Of a stretch of 64,000 nt of DNA, positions 35,359-44,942 are shown piece after piece (within the stretch, counting starts at the first letter, position 1; every line of letters begins with the position of its first letter). The notes below the pieces were generated by a model. The model was not told where the DNA came from. It ran no database searches and saw only the letters and a program-made list of their open reading frames with translations. A program made the translations under genes and the position numbers. The stretch covers positions 390,068 through 454,067 of the forward strand of contig CAKTEQ010000001.1 of NCBI GenBank assembly GCA_934552825.1, in the 5' to 3' direction. The DNA is from an uncultured Oscillospiraceae bacterium. GTDB lineage: Bacteria; Bacillota; Clostridia; Oscillospirales; Oscillospiraceae.

Positions 35359-36663
35359 ATGCTCGACATTAGATTTGTCAGAGAAAATCCGGATATCGTA
35401 AAAGAAAACATAAAGAAAAAGTTCCAGGACGCAAAGCTTCCTTTGGTGGACGAAGTTCTGGAGCTGGACAAGGCGAACCGCGCTGCCATTCAGGAGGCGA
35501 GCGAGCTGCGCGCTTCCAGAAACACCCTCTCCAAGCAGGTCGGCGCGCTGATGGGACAGGCCAAGAAGGATCCCTCCAAGACCGCAGAAGCCGAAGCCGT
35601 CAAGGCCCAGGTCAAGGCCCAGGCGGAACGCCTTGCCGAACTGGAAAAGCAGGAGGCGGAGCTTGCCGAGCGCATCCACAGGATCATGCTCGTCATCCCC
35701 AATATCATCGACGACAGCGTTCCCATCGGCCCCGACGACAGCTGCAACGTAGAGGTGGAGCGCTTCGGTGACCCTGTGGTGCCCGATTTTGAGATCCCTT
35801 ACCACACAGAGATCATGGAAAGCTTCAACGGCGTCGATATGGACAGCGCCGGGCGCGTAGCCGGCAACGGTTTTTATTATCTCATGGGCGACATTGCACG
35901 TCTTCACGAAGCTGTCCTGGCGTATGCCCGGGATTTCATGATAAACAAGGGCTTCATCTTCTGCATTCCGCCCTTCATGATCCATGGCAACGTGGTGGAA
36001 GGCGTCATGAGCCAGACGGATATGGAGGCCATGATGTATAAGATCGAGGGTGAGGACCTCTATCTCATCGGCACCAGCGAGCACTCCATGATAGGTAAAT
36101 TCATCGACCAGATAATTCCCGAGGAAACGCTGCCCCAGACTCTCACAAGCTATTCCCCCTGCTTCCGCAAGGAAAAGGGCGCCCACGGCATCGAGGAGCG
36201 CGGCGTCTACCGCATCCACCAGTTCGAAAAGCAGGAAATGATCGTCGTCTGCAAACCCGAGGACAGCAGGGAGTGGTACGAGAAGATGTGGCGCTACTCC
36301 GTTGAACTGTTCCGCAGCATGGAGATACCCGTACGCCAGCTGGAGTGCTGCTCCGGTGACCTGGCGGACCTGAAGGTCAAGTCCTGCGACATCGAGGCCT
36401 GGTCCCCCAGACAGCAGAAATACTTTGAGGTATGCTCCTGCTCCAACCTGGGCGACGCTCAGGCCCGCCGCCTGAAAATGCGCGTAAAGGGCGCGGACGG
36501 CAAAATGTATCTGCCCCACACCCTCAACAATACAGTCGTCGCTCCCCCCAGAATGCTCATCGCGTTCCTGGAAAATCATCTTCAGGCGGACGGCAGCGTT
36601 ACTATCCCCGAGGTCCTCTGGTCCTACATGGGCGGCACAAAGGTCCTCATCCCCAAGAAATAA
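35359..36663 (+). CDS. serS: seryl-tRNA synthetase
   Basis: N-terminal coiled-coil arm and a class II catalytic core; 434 aa. Confidence 0.95.
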   Translation: MLDIRFVRENPDIVKENIKKKFQDAKLPLVDEVLELDKANRAAIQEASELRASRNTLSKQVGALMGQAKKDPSKTAEAEAVKAQVKAQAERLAELEKQEAELAERIHRIMLVIPNIIDDSVPIGPDDSCNVEVERFGDPVVPDFEIPYHTEIMESFNGVDMDSAGRVAGNGFYYLMGDIARLHEAVLAYARDFMINKGFIFCIPPFMIHGNVVEGVMSQTDMEAMMYKIEGEDLYLIGTSEHSMIGKFIDQIIPEETLPQTLTSYSPCFRKEKGAHGIEERGVYRIHQFEKQEMIVVCKPEDSREWYEKMWRYSVELFRSMEIPVRQLECCSGDLADLKVKSCDIEAWSPRQQKYFEVCSCSNLGDAQARRLKMRVKGADGKMYLPHTLNNTVVAPPRMLIAFLENHLQADGSVTIPEVLWSYMGGTKVLIPKK

Positions 36664-36690
36664 ATAACAACATTCGGAGGAGACAGGGAA

Positions 36691-37143
36691 ATGAAAAAAT
36701 TGATAGCTGAATTCAAAGAGTTTATCCAGCGCGGCAATGTTCTGGATATGGCGATAGGCGTCATCATCGCCACAGCCTTCGGCAAAATAACGACCTCCCT
36801 CGTAAACGACGTGTTCATGCCCTTCATAAGCTGGATAGTCGGCTCCCGGGACATGACTGCCCTTAACATCATCGTCCGCCCCGCAGTGCTGGACGAGGCG
36901 GGCGAAGTCGTGAAAGAGGGGATAACCCTCGGTTTCGGCACGTTCCTCGGGACAATTATCGACTTCATCCTCGTCGCCCTTGTTGTGTTCGCCATTGTAA
37001 AGGCGTTCAACAAAGCCCACGAGATGTCGGAAGCGCGCAGGAAGAAAGAGGAAGAGGAGGCTGCCGCCGAAGAACCCGCGGCTCCCACCACCGAAGAACT
37101 CCTGGCAGAGATCCGGGACCTGCTCAAGGAACAGCAGAAATAA
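36691..37143 (+). CDS. mscL: large-conductance mechanosensitive channel
   Basis: EFKEFIQRGNVLDMAIGVIIATAFGKI N-terminus. Confidence 0.9.
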   Translation: MKKLIAEFKEFIQRGNVLDMAIGVIIATAFGKITTSLVNDVFMPFISWIVGSRDMTALNIIVRPAVLDEAGEVVKEGITLGFGTFLGTIIDFILVALVVFAIVKAFNKAHEMSEARRKKEEEEAAAEEPAAPTTEELLAEIRDLLKEQQK

Positions 37144-37847
37144 TGCAGGATATAATTCTGACAGCCTTGAAATCAGTTGACATAACTCCTTCTTCAGGCC
37201 AGCTGAGCCAGCTTGAGACTTTTGCGGATGTCCTCGTGGAGCGCAATAAAGTGATGAATCTAACGGGCATCACCGACCCGGAAGGCATCGCCTATAATCA
37301 CTTTGCTGACAGCGCGGCGCCGCTGCCTATGATCCCCCGGGATGCCCGGGTCATAGACGTGGGCACGGGGGCAGGTTTCCCCGGTGTGCCTATGAAAATA
37401 CTGCGTCCTGATATTGATATGACTCTTTTTGACAGTCTTCTCAAGCGCATCGAGTTCCTTGAGGACGCCTGCGCCGCGGTGGGCATCAGTGCTCGCCGCG
37501 TACACGGCAGGGCGGAGGAGGCCGGCCGCGATCCGGAATTCAGGGAGCAGTTTGACTGCGCCGTCTCCAGGGCAGTCGCGCGGCTTGACATGCTCTGCGA
37601 GCTGTGTCTGCCCTTTGTAAAGCCCGGCGGCGCATTCCTCGCCATGAAGTCCTCCCACGCGGAGGAGGAGGCCTCCGCCGCTGACAGCGTATGCGCGGAG
37701 CTGGGCGCCGTCCGTGAGAGCGTCTTCGACTATAATATCCGCGGCGTCGCCTGCCGGGTGTACGTCATCCGCAAAACTGCGCGGACGCCTGACGCCTATC
37801 CCCGCCGTTTTGCAAAAATGAAGAAGATCTACGGCATAAAACAGTAA
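37143..37847 (+). CDS. rsmG: 16S rRNA (guanine527-N7)-methyltransferase
   Basis: SAM motif VIDVGTGAGFPG. Its start overlaps the mscL stop (TAATG). Confidence 0.9.
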   Translation: MQDIILTALKSVDITPSSGQLSQLETFADVLVERNKVMNLTGITDPEGIAYNHFADSAAPLPMIPRDARVIDVGTGAGFPGVPMKILRPDIDMTLFDSLLKRIEFLEDACAAVGISARRVHGRAEEAGRDPEFREQFDCAVSRAVARLDMLCELCLPFVKPGGAFLAMKSSHAEEEASAADSVCAELGAVRESVFDYNIRGVACRVYVIRKTARTPDAYPRRFAKMKKIYGIKQ

Positions 37848-37863
37848 AAACAGCAGAAAATAG

Positions 37864-37892
37864 TTGAAGTTATGCCTAAAACGTGGTATAAT
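37864..37892 (+). promoter_or_regulatory. putative sigma-A promoter (extended -10)
   Basis: TTGAAG, 17 nt, TATAAT, with TGg immediately upstream of the -10. Confidence 0.55.
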
Positions 37893-37932
37893 AAATTGTT
37901 AAACGAACAGGCTGTGAAAGGAAGGTCAAACA

Positions 37933-38337
37933 ATGAACATAGCACTTTTGGCGCACGACACAAAAAAAGAACTCATGGTTCAGTTCTGTATAGCATACTG
38001 CGGCATACTTTCCAGACACAACATCTGTGCGACCAACACCACAGGGCGTTTGGTGAGCGAGGCGACGGGTCTGCCCATCACGCTGTGCCTTCCCTGCACG
38101 CAGGGCGGCAGCCAGCAGATAGGCATGCGCATCTCCTACAACGAGATCGACCTGGTGATTTATTTCTGCGATCCCACAGAGCGCGACAACTCTGACGTTA
38201 ACGATATCACCCGCCTGTGCGACCAGCACAATGTTCCCATTGCGACGAACTCCGCAACCGCAGAGGTGCTTATACACGGTCTTGATCAGGGTCTTCTGGA
38301 TTGGCGAAATATCGTCAACCCCCAGAACAACAAGTAA
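37933..38337 (+). CDS. methylglyoxal synthase-like (MGS-fold) protein with substituted catalytic residues
   Basis: IALLAHDTKK and ATNTTG align with MgsA, but GGDQQ is GGSQQ and the PHxPD segment is shortened. Confidence 0.75.
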   Translation: MNIALLAHDTKKELMVQFCIAYCGILSRHNICATNTTGRLVSEATGLPITLCLPCTQGGSQQIGMRISYNEIDLVIYFCDPTERDNSDVNDITRLCDQHNVPIATNSATAEVLIHGLDQGLLDWRNIVNPQNNK

Positions 38338-38339
38338 AA

Positions 38340-38590
38340 ATTTTCACTGTCCCGCGAAGACGGAGCAGGAGTACCCCGGGCGTCCGGCACAGAGAGAGAG
38401 GGCACAGGCTGAAACCCCCTTGCGGCAGCGCCCCCGGGAAGACAGCTCCACCAGCGGCACGCGGCGGCTTCCCGCGGAAAGCGAAGCACTGAGGGAAGAG
38501 GACAAACACGTCCTTTTCCGAATTTGGGTGGCACCACGAAGCGTAATGCTCTCGTCCCAAACGCAGGGGACGGGAGCATTTTTATAGCCC
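38340..38590 (+). promoter_or_regulatory. T-box leader (tRNA-sensing riboswitch) upstream of hisS
   Basis: Conserved T-box sequence aatttgggtggcaccacg at 38521..38538. Terminator stem at 38548..38577 plus a U-run. AGAGA and AGTA stem-I elements. CAC candidate specifier codons at 38388 and 38403. Confidence 0.75.
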
Positions 38591-38626
38591 CCCCGCCTGG
38601 AAAAACAATGAATTGGAGTTGATACT

Positions 38627-39982
38627 ATGCTCAAACCCCGCACATTATCCGGCTTTATGGAACTGCTCCCCGCACCTCAGGTGCAGATGGAGCGCATCAT
38701 GGAAATTCTGCGCCATACATATTCCCTCTACGGCTTCACGCCCCTGGACACGCCCATCATCGAGTCCAGCGAGGTGCTTCTCGCAAAGGGCGGCGGCGAG
38801 ACAGAAAAGCAGATATACCGTTTCACCAAAGGTGACAGCGACCTCTCCCTGCGTTTTGACCTGACGGTCCCTTTGGCAAAATACGTGGCGATAAACTACG
38901 GTCAGCTCAGCTTTCCTTTCCGCCGCTATCAGATAGGTAAGGTATACCGGGGCGAGCGCGCTCAGCGGGGCCGCTTCCGTGAATTTTATCAGGCGGACAT
39001 CGACATTATCGGCGACGGCAAGCTGGATATCATAAACGAGGCTGAGATACCCAGCATAATCTACAAAACCTTCACGACCCTCGGTCTGAAAAAGTTCTGC
39101 ATCCGCGTGAACAACCGCAAGATACTCAACGGCTTCTACGCCATGCTGGGGCTCACCGAAAAATCCGGGGACATCATGCGCACCGTTGATAAGATAGATA
39201 AGATCGGCCCCCAGGCCGTCGGGGATATCCTCACCGGTGAGGACGTGGCCATTTCCCGGGAAAGTGCTGATGAGATACTCAGATTTATCGCCATCAAAGG
39301 TACGAACGAAGAGGTCATCCAGGCGCTGGAGGGTTACCGGGGCCGCAATAAGGTCTTCGACGAAGGCCTCACCGAACTGGAGACTGTCGTAAAATACCTG
39401 GGCGAGTTCGGCGTACCTCAGGAGAACTTCTCTGTGGATCTGACTATCGCCCGAGGTCTCGACTATTATACCGGCACCGTCTATGAGACGACCATGACCG
39501 ACCATCCTGAGATAGGCTCCATATGCTCCGGCGGCCGCTACGACAATCTTGCGGAGTACTATACGGACAAAGCGCTGCCCGGCGTCGGCATCTCCATCGG
39601 TCTTACCCGCCTCTTCTATGTCCTGGGCGAGCAGAAATACCTGAGCGACACCATGCTCACTGCGCCTGCCGATGTGCTCATACTGCCCATGTCAGAGGAT
39701 CTCGCTCCCGCCATCGCGCTCGCCACGAAGCTCCGTGAAAAGGGCATCCGCACTCAGCTCCACTGCGAGCAGAAGAAGTTCAAGGCGAAGATGAGCTATG
39801 CCGACAAGCTCGGCATTCCCTACGTTATCTTCCTTGGCGAGGACGAGATAAATTCCGGCACTGTCACCTGCAAGGACCTGACGAAGGGCGAGCAGACAAC
39901 GCTGGACTTCGACGCCACGGTCGAGCTTCTCAAAGCGGGACTCGCGGAGAAAAATTCCGGCACTGTCATCGTGGATAAATGA
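38627..39982 (+). CDS. hisS: histidyl-tRNA synthetase
   Basis: Class II motifs (FRRYQIGKVYRGERAQRGRFREFYQ, GGRYDNL); 451 aa. Confidence 0.95.
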   Translation: MLKPRTLSGFMELLPAPQVQMERIMEILRHTYSLYGFTPLDTPIIESSEVLLAKGGGETEKQIYRFTKGDSDLSLRFDLTVPLAKYVAINYGQLSFPFRRYQIGKVYRGERAQRGRFREFYQADIDIIGDGKLDIINEAEIPSIIYKTFTTLGLKKFCIRVNNRKILNGFYAMLGLTEKSGDIMRTVDKIDKIGPQAVGDILTGEDVAISRESADEILRFIAIKGTNEEVIQALEGYRGRNKVFDEGLTELETVVKYLGEFGVPQENFSVDLTIARGLDYYTGTVYETTMTDHPEIGSICSGGRYDNLAEYYTDKALPGVGISIGLTRLFYVLGEQKYLSDTMLTAPADVLILPMSEDLAPAIALATKLREKGIRTQLHCEQKKFKAKMSYADKLGIPYVIFLGEDEINSGTVTCKDLTKGEQTTLDFDATVELLKAGLAEKNSGTVIVDK

Positions 39983-39983
39983 T

Positions 39984-40613
39984 ATGAACATGGATATAAA
40001 GTTCGCGTTTTTCGAGAAGCTGGAAAAGTGCGGCGTGTTCAGCTTGATAGACAGCTTCTTTGCCTCCGGCGACTTTGCGGCGCTGGCAGGGGAGGCGCAG
40101 CCCTTCCGCATGAACATCGGTCCCAAGGGGCTGACAATAATCTCTCCTGACGGCTCCCGGGAGTATGCCCGCCAGCGCTTTGAGGACAGCCGGGTGCCGG
40201 ATATGCCCGCAAACCTCCTCCGGGACTTCATGGGCATCGTCATTGAATACTGCCAGGAGCACCACGGGGAATATGAATACCGCTTCGCCCCCAGGGAACT
40301 CTCCGAGGATGAGATAAACCCTGCCGAAGCACGGCTCGTGGAGTTCACCCGGGATATTTCATCGCCGGACACTCCAGTGCCCGGCACTGGCTTCGGCTTT
40401 CACAATCGCCCCGGCGGCGACTTTGGCGGCAGCCGTCCAGGCAGCGGCAGCGGCAATTACCGGATATATAACCGTCCGGGCGGCGACTATTCCGGTCCCC
40501 GGACCGGCGGTGTGCCTGTCTCGTCATACGGCGCAGTTCGCCGTCAGAGCAGCATATCCCCCGTTCCCGACGCTCGCCCCTCGGGGTACGTTATCGGCGT
40601 AATGAAAAAATAA
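39984..40613 (+). CDS. hypothetical protein with a Gly/Pro/Arg-rich repeat tail
   Basis: The ATG lies 1 nt after the hisS stop. Genome-typical GC3 codon usage. I recognise no family. Confidence 0.6.
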   Translation: MNMDIKFAFFEKLEKCGVFSLIDSFFASGDFAALAGEAQPFRMNIGPKGLTIISPDGSREYARQRFEDSRVPDMPANLLRDFMGIVIEYCQEHHGEYEYRFAPRELSEDEINPAEARLVEFTRDISSPDTPVPGTGFGFHNRPGGDFGGSRPGSGSGNYRIYNRPGGDYSGPRTGGVPVSSYGAVRRQSSISPVPDARPSGYVIGVMKK

Positions 40614-40633
40614 TTTTGGGAGTTGATATTAAA

Positions 40634-42412
40634 ATGTTCCAGTCCAGAACTCACACTTGCAATGAACTTCGCATAGAAAATGCCGGCGAGAATGTTACTA
40701 TCGTCGGTTGGATGGAAAATGTCCGCGTAGTCAGCGCGAACCTCGCTTTTGTGGTCATGCGGGACTTTTACGGCACCACCCAGGTCGTCGCCGAGACGGA
40801 CGCGATGGTGAATATCTTCAAGGGCATCAACAAGGAGTCCACACTCTCCATTTCCGGCGTTGTCCGGGAGCGCTCTTCCAAGAACCCCGACCTGGCCACA
40901 GGCGATATCGAGGTCGTTCCCGAGCGCGTTGAGGTGCTCGGCAAGTGCATACACAATGAGCTGCCCTTCCAGATAAACCGCAGCCGTGAGGCAGATGAGA
41001 CTCAGCGGCTCAAGTACCGCTATCTGGACCTGCGCAACCCCGCCGTAAAGAAGAACATCATCCTTCGCTGCAACGTCATCGCCGCCCTCCGCGCCGCGAT
41101 GCTCAGCGAGGGCTTCCTCGAGATAACCACTCCCATACTCACGGCGTCCTCCCCCGAGGGCGCAAGAGATTATCTCGTTCCCAGCCGCAAGCACCCCGGC
41201 AAGTTTTACGCTCTGCCTCAGGCGCCCCAGCAGTTCAAGCAGCTTCTCATGACAGCAGGCTTTGACCGCTATTTCCAGATAGCTCCCTGCTTCCGTGACG
41301 AGGACGCCCGCGGCGACCGTTCTCCCGGCGAGTTCTACCAGCTCGATATGGAGATGGCGTTTGCCACTCAGGAGGATGTTTTCGCTGTTCTGGAGCGTGT
41401 GCTCCCACCGATCTTCGCAAAATACGGCACATATAACATTGCTTCCGAAGCTCCCTTCAGACGTATCGCATATCTGGACGCGATGGAGACCTACGGCTCT
41501 GATAAGCCCGACCTGCGTATCGACCTGACCGTGCAGGACGCCACCGGGCTTCTCGCCGGCTGCGGCTTCGGTCCCTTTGAGGGTAATACGGTCAAGGCTA
41601 TCGTCGTAACCGGTTTCGAGGGTACAAGAAAGCAGATCGATGCTCTCTGCGCCGACGTTGAGGTCCAGTCCGGCAACAAGGCTTACTGGTTCCGCTATGA
41701 CGAAAACGGCGAGATCGTCGGCGGCATCGCTAAATTCATCCAGCCCATCAAGGATGCTGTAGTTGAAACGCTGGGCCTTGAGAAGGGCTGCTTCGTTGGT
41801 CTCACGGCAGGCGAAAAGCTCGCCGCTCAGAAGACCGCCGGCGTCCTGCGCAATAAACTCGGTGCCTTCTGCCCCAACCACATGGACAGGGAGCGCTACG
41901 AGTTCTGCTGGATAGTGGATTTCCCCATGTACGAGATAGGTGACGAGAGCGGCGAGATGGAATTCTGCCACAACCCCTTCTCCATGCCCAACGGCGGCCT
42001 TGAGACGCTGCTCAAGGCTGAGCGGGGCGAGATCGATCCTCTCACCATCACCGCCGACCAGTACGACCTGGTGTGCAACGGCGTGGAACTCAGCTCCGGC
42101 GCCGTCCGCAACCATGATCCCGAGATCATGGTAAAGGCTTTCGAGCTTGTCAAGCTGGGTGAGGACGATGTTAAGGCGAAATTCCCCGCCATGTACAACG
42201 CTTTCACGTATGGTGCGCCTCCTCACGCGGGCATCGCCCCCGGCGTCGACCGTATGGTCATGCTGCTGGCAGGGGAGGACTCCATCCGCGAGATAATCCC
42301 GTTCCCCATGAACAAGAACGCCCAGGACGTAATGATGGGCGCACCTTCCTTCGTGGATCAAAAGCAGCTCGATGAGCTGAACATCGCGATCACGGCAAAA
42401 GAAGAAGAGTGA
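40634..42412 (+). CDS. aspS: aspartyl-tRNA synthetase
   Basis: OB-fold N-terminus, class II motifs (FRDEDARGDR, GGLE..), bacterial insertion domain. Confidence 0.95.
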   Translation: MFQSRTHTCNELRIENAGENVTIVGWMENVRVVSANLAFVVMRDFYGTTQVVAETDAMVNIFKGINKESTLSISGVVRERSSKNPDLATGDIEVVPERVEVLGKCIHNELPFQINRSREADETQRLKYRYLDLRNPAVKKNIILRCNVIAALRAAMLSEGFLEITTPILTASSPEGARDYLVPSRKHPGKFYALPQAPQQFKQLLMTAGFDRYFQIAPCFRDEDARGDRSPGEFYQLDMEMAFATQEDVFAVLERVLPPIFAKYGTYNIASEAPFRRIAYLDAMETYGSDKPDLRIDLTVQDATGLLAGCGFGPFEGNTVKAIVVTGFEGTRKQIDALCADVEVQSGNKAYWFRYDENGEIVGGIAKFIQPIKDAVVETLGLEKGCFVGLTAGEKLAAQKTAGVLRNKLGAFCPNHMDRERYEFCWIVDFPMYEIGDESGEMEFCHNPFSMPNGGLETLLKAERGEIDPLTITADQYDLVCNGVELSSGAVRNHDPEIMVKAFELVKLGEDDVKAKFPAMYNAFTYGAPPHAGIAPGVDRMVMLLAGEDSIREIIPFPMNKNAQDVMMGAPSFVDQKQLDELNIAITAKEEE

Positions 42413-42421
42413 TCCTTCCAA

Positions 42422-42458
42422 AGCCCGGGCACAGAGCATCCCTGCCCGGGCTTGTTTT
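42422..42458 (+). terminator. rho-independent terminator after aspS
   Basis: 10-bp stem agcccgggca/tgcccgggct followed by tgtttt. Confidence 0.75.
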
Positions 42459-42528
42459 AGTGTTGGACATTTCCCCGGCGGCTTGCTATACTATATATGA
42501 ATCAATCATTCACGAAAGGATGATAACC

Positions 42529-43182
42529 ATGGATAAACTCACCCTCGCTTCAAAGATAGACCACACGCTTCTCAAGCCCGAGGCTACACAGGAGCAGATA
42601 CTCAAGATCTGTGCCGAGGCCCGGGAGTATCACTTTGCCTCCGTCTGCATCAACACCACCTGGGCGGACACCGTTACGGAAGCGCTCAGAGGCAGCGGCG
42701 TGAAAACCTGCTGCGTTGTCGGCTTCCCGTTGGGCGCGATGAGCACCGAGGCGAAGTGTGCCGAGACGAAGTACGCCGTGGAGCACGGCGCCGGGGAAGT
42801 GGACATGGTCATAAACATCGGCTGGGCAAAGGCCGGCCTCTTCGAAGAAGTCGGCACTGAGATCGCCGCCATCGTAAAGGCTGCCGCCCCCGCGAAGGTC
42901 AAGGTCATTATTGAGGCCTGCCTGCTTACCGACGAGGAGAAGATCGCCGTCTGCCGCGCCGCGGCACACGCCGGAGCGGAATTCGTCAAAACCTCCACAG
43001 GTTTTTCCACCGGCGGCGCCACCGAGGCCGACGTGAGGCTCATGAAGGAGGCCTCGGGCATAAAAGTCAAGGCATCCGGCGGCATCCGGGACTACGATAC
43101 CGCCATGAAAATGCTCAGCGCGGGAGCCGACCGCATCGGCGCAAGCGCGGGTATCGCCATAGTAAACAGCTGTACTGACTGA
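42529..43182 (+). CDS. deoC: deoxyribose-phosphate aldolase
   Basis: IDHTLLKPEAT and the Schiff-base lysine context FVKTSTGF. Confidence 0.9.
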   Translation: MDKLTLASKIDHTLLKPEATQEQILKICAEAREYHFASVCINTTWADTVTEALRGSGVKTCCVVGFPLGAMSTEAKCAETKYAVEHGAGEVDMVINIGWAKAGLFEEVGTEIAAIVKAAAPAKVKVIIEACLLTDEEKIAVCRAAAHAGAEFVKTSTGFSTGGATEADVRLMKEASGIKVKASGGIRDYDTAMKMLSAGADRIGASAGIAIVNSCTD

Positions 43183-43193
43183 ATGGAGGAGTT

Positions 43194-43886
43194 ATGGAAT
43201 ACGAAGTAAAAAAGCTTACGGATAATATCTGGACAATCGACGAGTTTGGAGTGCGCAGCTTCATCGTCGTGGGCAGGGACAAAGCGCTTGTCATAGATAC
43301 CGGCATGAACGGGGTGGACTTTATCAGTGAGATCCGCAAGATAACCGATCTGCCCGTCGTGCTAGTCAATACCCACAGCGACGTGGACCATGTTGGGGCA
43401 AATTCCGCCTTTGCCGGACTCCCCAGCTATGCTCACAGGGACGAAGTGAAATATCTGGCTTCTGATGAGCATCCCTACCAGCCCGTGGAGGACGGCTATG
43501 TCTTTGATCTGGGTGGCGTGAAGCTGGAAGTCGTGGCGACTCCGGGGCACACTCCGGGGCATATCTGTCTTTTTGACAGAGAGCACGGCATACTCTTCAC
43601 CGGCGACACCGCCAGCGAGGTGCCCATCTGGATGTTCGGCGACGATAAGCGCAACCTTGAAGCCTTCAGGGATAGTCTGAAAAAGCTCATTGCACTGGAC
43701 GGCATAAAGGAGCTCTTCCCCTGCCACGGCAATATCCCCACAAAGCCCGAGGGTCTCTTTGAGGATATCCTCGCCCTTGCCGAGAACGTAGAGCGGGGCA
43801 ACAGCGAGTGGGTGGAGGCCGAGCCTATGGAGGGCGTCAAGGTCAAGCTACACAAGCTGGGAAGGGCACAGATATTCACTTTTTGA
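43194..43886 (+). CDS. MBL-fold metallo-hydrolase
   Basis: Metal-binding motif THSDVDHVG and a downstream GHTPGH. Confidence 0.8.
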   Translation: MEYEVKKLTDNIWTIDEFGVRSFIVVGRDKALVIDTGMNGVDFISEIRKITDLPVVLVNTHSDVDHVGANSAFAGLPSYAHRDEVKYLASDEHPYQPVEDGYVFDLGGVKLEVVATPGHTPGHICLFDREHGILFTGDTASEVPIWMFGDDKRNLEAFRDSLKKLIALDGIKELFPCHGNIPTKPEGLFEDILALAENVERGNSEWVEAEPMEGVKVKLHKLGRAQIFTF

Positions 43887-43903
43887 ACACGCCTCCCGTC
43901 CTA

Positions 43904-43933
43904 TTGACAATCTGCCGTTTGTTAATGTATAAT
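43904..43933 (+). promoter_or_regulatory. putative sigma-A promoter of the rpmH operon
   Basis: TTGACA, 18 nt, TATAAT. Confidence 0.55.
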
Positions 43934-44049
43934 TATTTTCCGCGTATTCACGCCAAGGGTGTGATGCGCCCAAAAATGACCAACTGCTGCTCCTTTCCGG
44001 GAGTTGCCGAGTAAATAGTTGAGTTCAATCTGAATGGAGGGAAAAGAAA

Positions 44050-44184
44050 ATGCTTAGAACATACCAGCCCAAGAAGCGTCAGCGCAGCAAGGAGCACGGC
44101 TTCCGCAAGAGAATGGCTACAGCTAACGGCCGCAAGGTACTGGCTCGCCGCCGCGCAAAGGGTCGCAAGAAGCTCAGCTACTGA
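44050..44184 (+). CDS. rpmH: 50S ribosomal protein L34
   Basis: A 44-aa ORF absent from the track because it is under 60 aa: [54 protein letters not shown]. Confidence 0.9.
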   Translation: MLRTYQPKKRQRSKEHGFRKRMATANGRKVLARRRAKGRKKLSY

Positions 44185-44322
44185 GTTTCTGAGTACTGAA
44201 AAGTTTGGGGGAATATCCTTCCCCGGGACGGGGAAGACCCTGTCACAGGTCTCCTGCGTAGCTGTTTGCCTCGCAGGGCTCAGTCGTGCTTAAACGCACG
44301 CATCTGAAAGAGGTTTTTGCAG

Positions 44323-44733
44323 ATGCGGATAACGGAACCGCTAAAAAAGAATTATGAATTTCGCCGTCTCTATTCCAAGGGACAGTGCTTCAGCGACAGC
44401 TACCTTGCGGTATACTGCCGCAAAACGAAGCGCAGGGACAACCGTCTCGGCATAACTGTGGGCAAAAGGGTGGGTAATGCTGTCCAGCGCAACCGCCTGC
44501 GCCGCCGAATCAGGGAGTCCTATCGTCTTATGGAGCCGGAGATGAACACCGGTTTTGAGATAGTCGTGGTGGGGCGTGTGCGCGCCGCCGGGAGCGACTA
44601 TCACCGCATTTCCGCAAGTCTCAGGAAACTGCTCACGAAGCAGGGCGTCCTGAGAGAGAAGGGAAGTGACGCTCGTGAAGAAGGCACTGCTGGGGCTCAT
44701 ACGGTTTTACCAGAAGAACATATCCCCGGGTAA
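44323..44733 (+). CDS. rnpA: ribonuclease P protein component
   Basis: Basic RnpA core (FRRLYSKG.., [24 protein letters not shown]). Located after rpmH. Confidence 0.85.
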   Translation: MRITEPLKKNYEFRRLYSKGQCFSDSYLAVYCRKTKRRDNRLGITVGKRVGNAVQRNRLRRRIRESYRLMEPEMNTGFEIVVVGRVRAAGSDYHRISASLRKLLTKQGVLREKGSDAREEGTAGAHTVLPEEHIPG

Positions 44734-44884
44734 GCCGCCATGCTGCCGCTTCATGCCCACCTGCTCCGCCTACGCTCTGGAAGCCGTGGAAAAATACGGC
44801 GCTGTAAAGGGCGGCTGGCTGGCGGCGAAGCGTGTTTGCAAATGCCATCCCTTTCACAAAGGCGGGTACGATCCCGTACCCTAA
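44666..44884 (+). CDS. yidD: membrane protein insertion efficiency factor YidD
   Basis: CRFxPTCSxYA and the [14 protein letters not shown] signature. The start is uncertain (GTG at 44666 or 44675). Confidence 0.85.
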   Translation: MTLVKKALLGLIRFYQKNISPGKPPCCRFMPTCSAYALEAVEKYGAVKGGWLAAKRVCKCHPFHKGGYDPVP

Positions 44885-44942
44885 ATTCGGGGGAGCTATC
44901 CCCCTGCGGCACTGTGCCGCATGACAAATTCGGAGGATTTTA

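Noticed and set aside
35290-37020. 576-aa minus-strand ORF opposite serS and mscL.
   Set aside because: It spans two unrelated genes plus their intergenic RBS region in antisense. It is a shadow frame, not a gene.
40544-42439. 631-aa minus-strand ORF opposite aspS.
   Set aside because: It is a shadow ORF antisense to aspS with no RBS or start context, and its composition is that of a reverse-complement frame.
44185-44322. Two GC hairpins between rpmH and rnpA (cttccccg/cggggaag and cgtgc/gcacg), considered as a possible attenuator or small RNA.
   Set aside because: Neither hairpin is followed by a U-run. Structured rpmH-rnpA spacers are common, and nothing here supports a distinct element.
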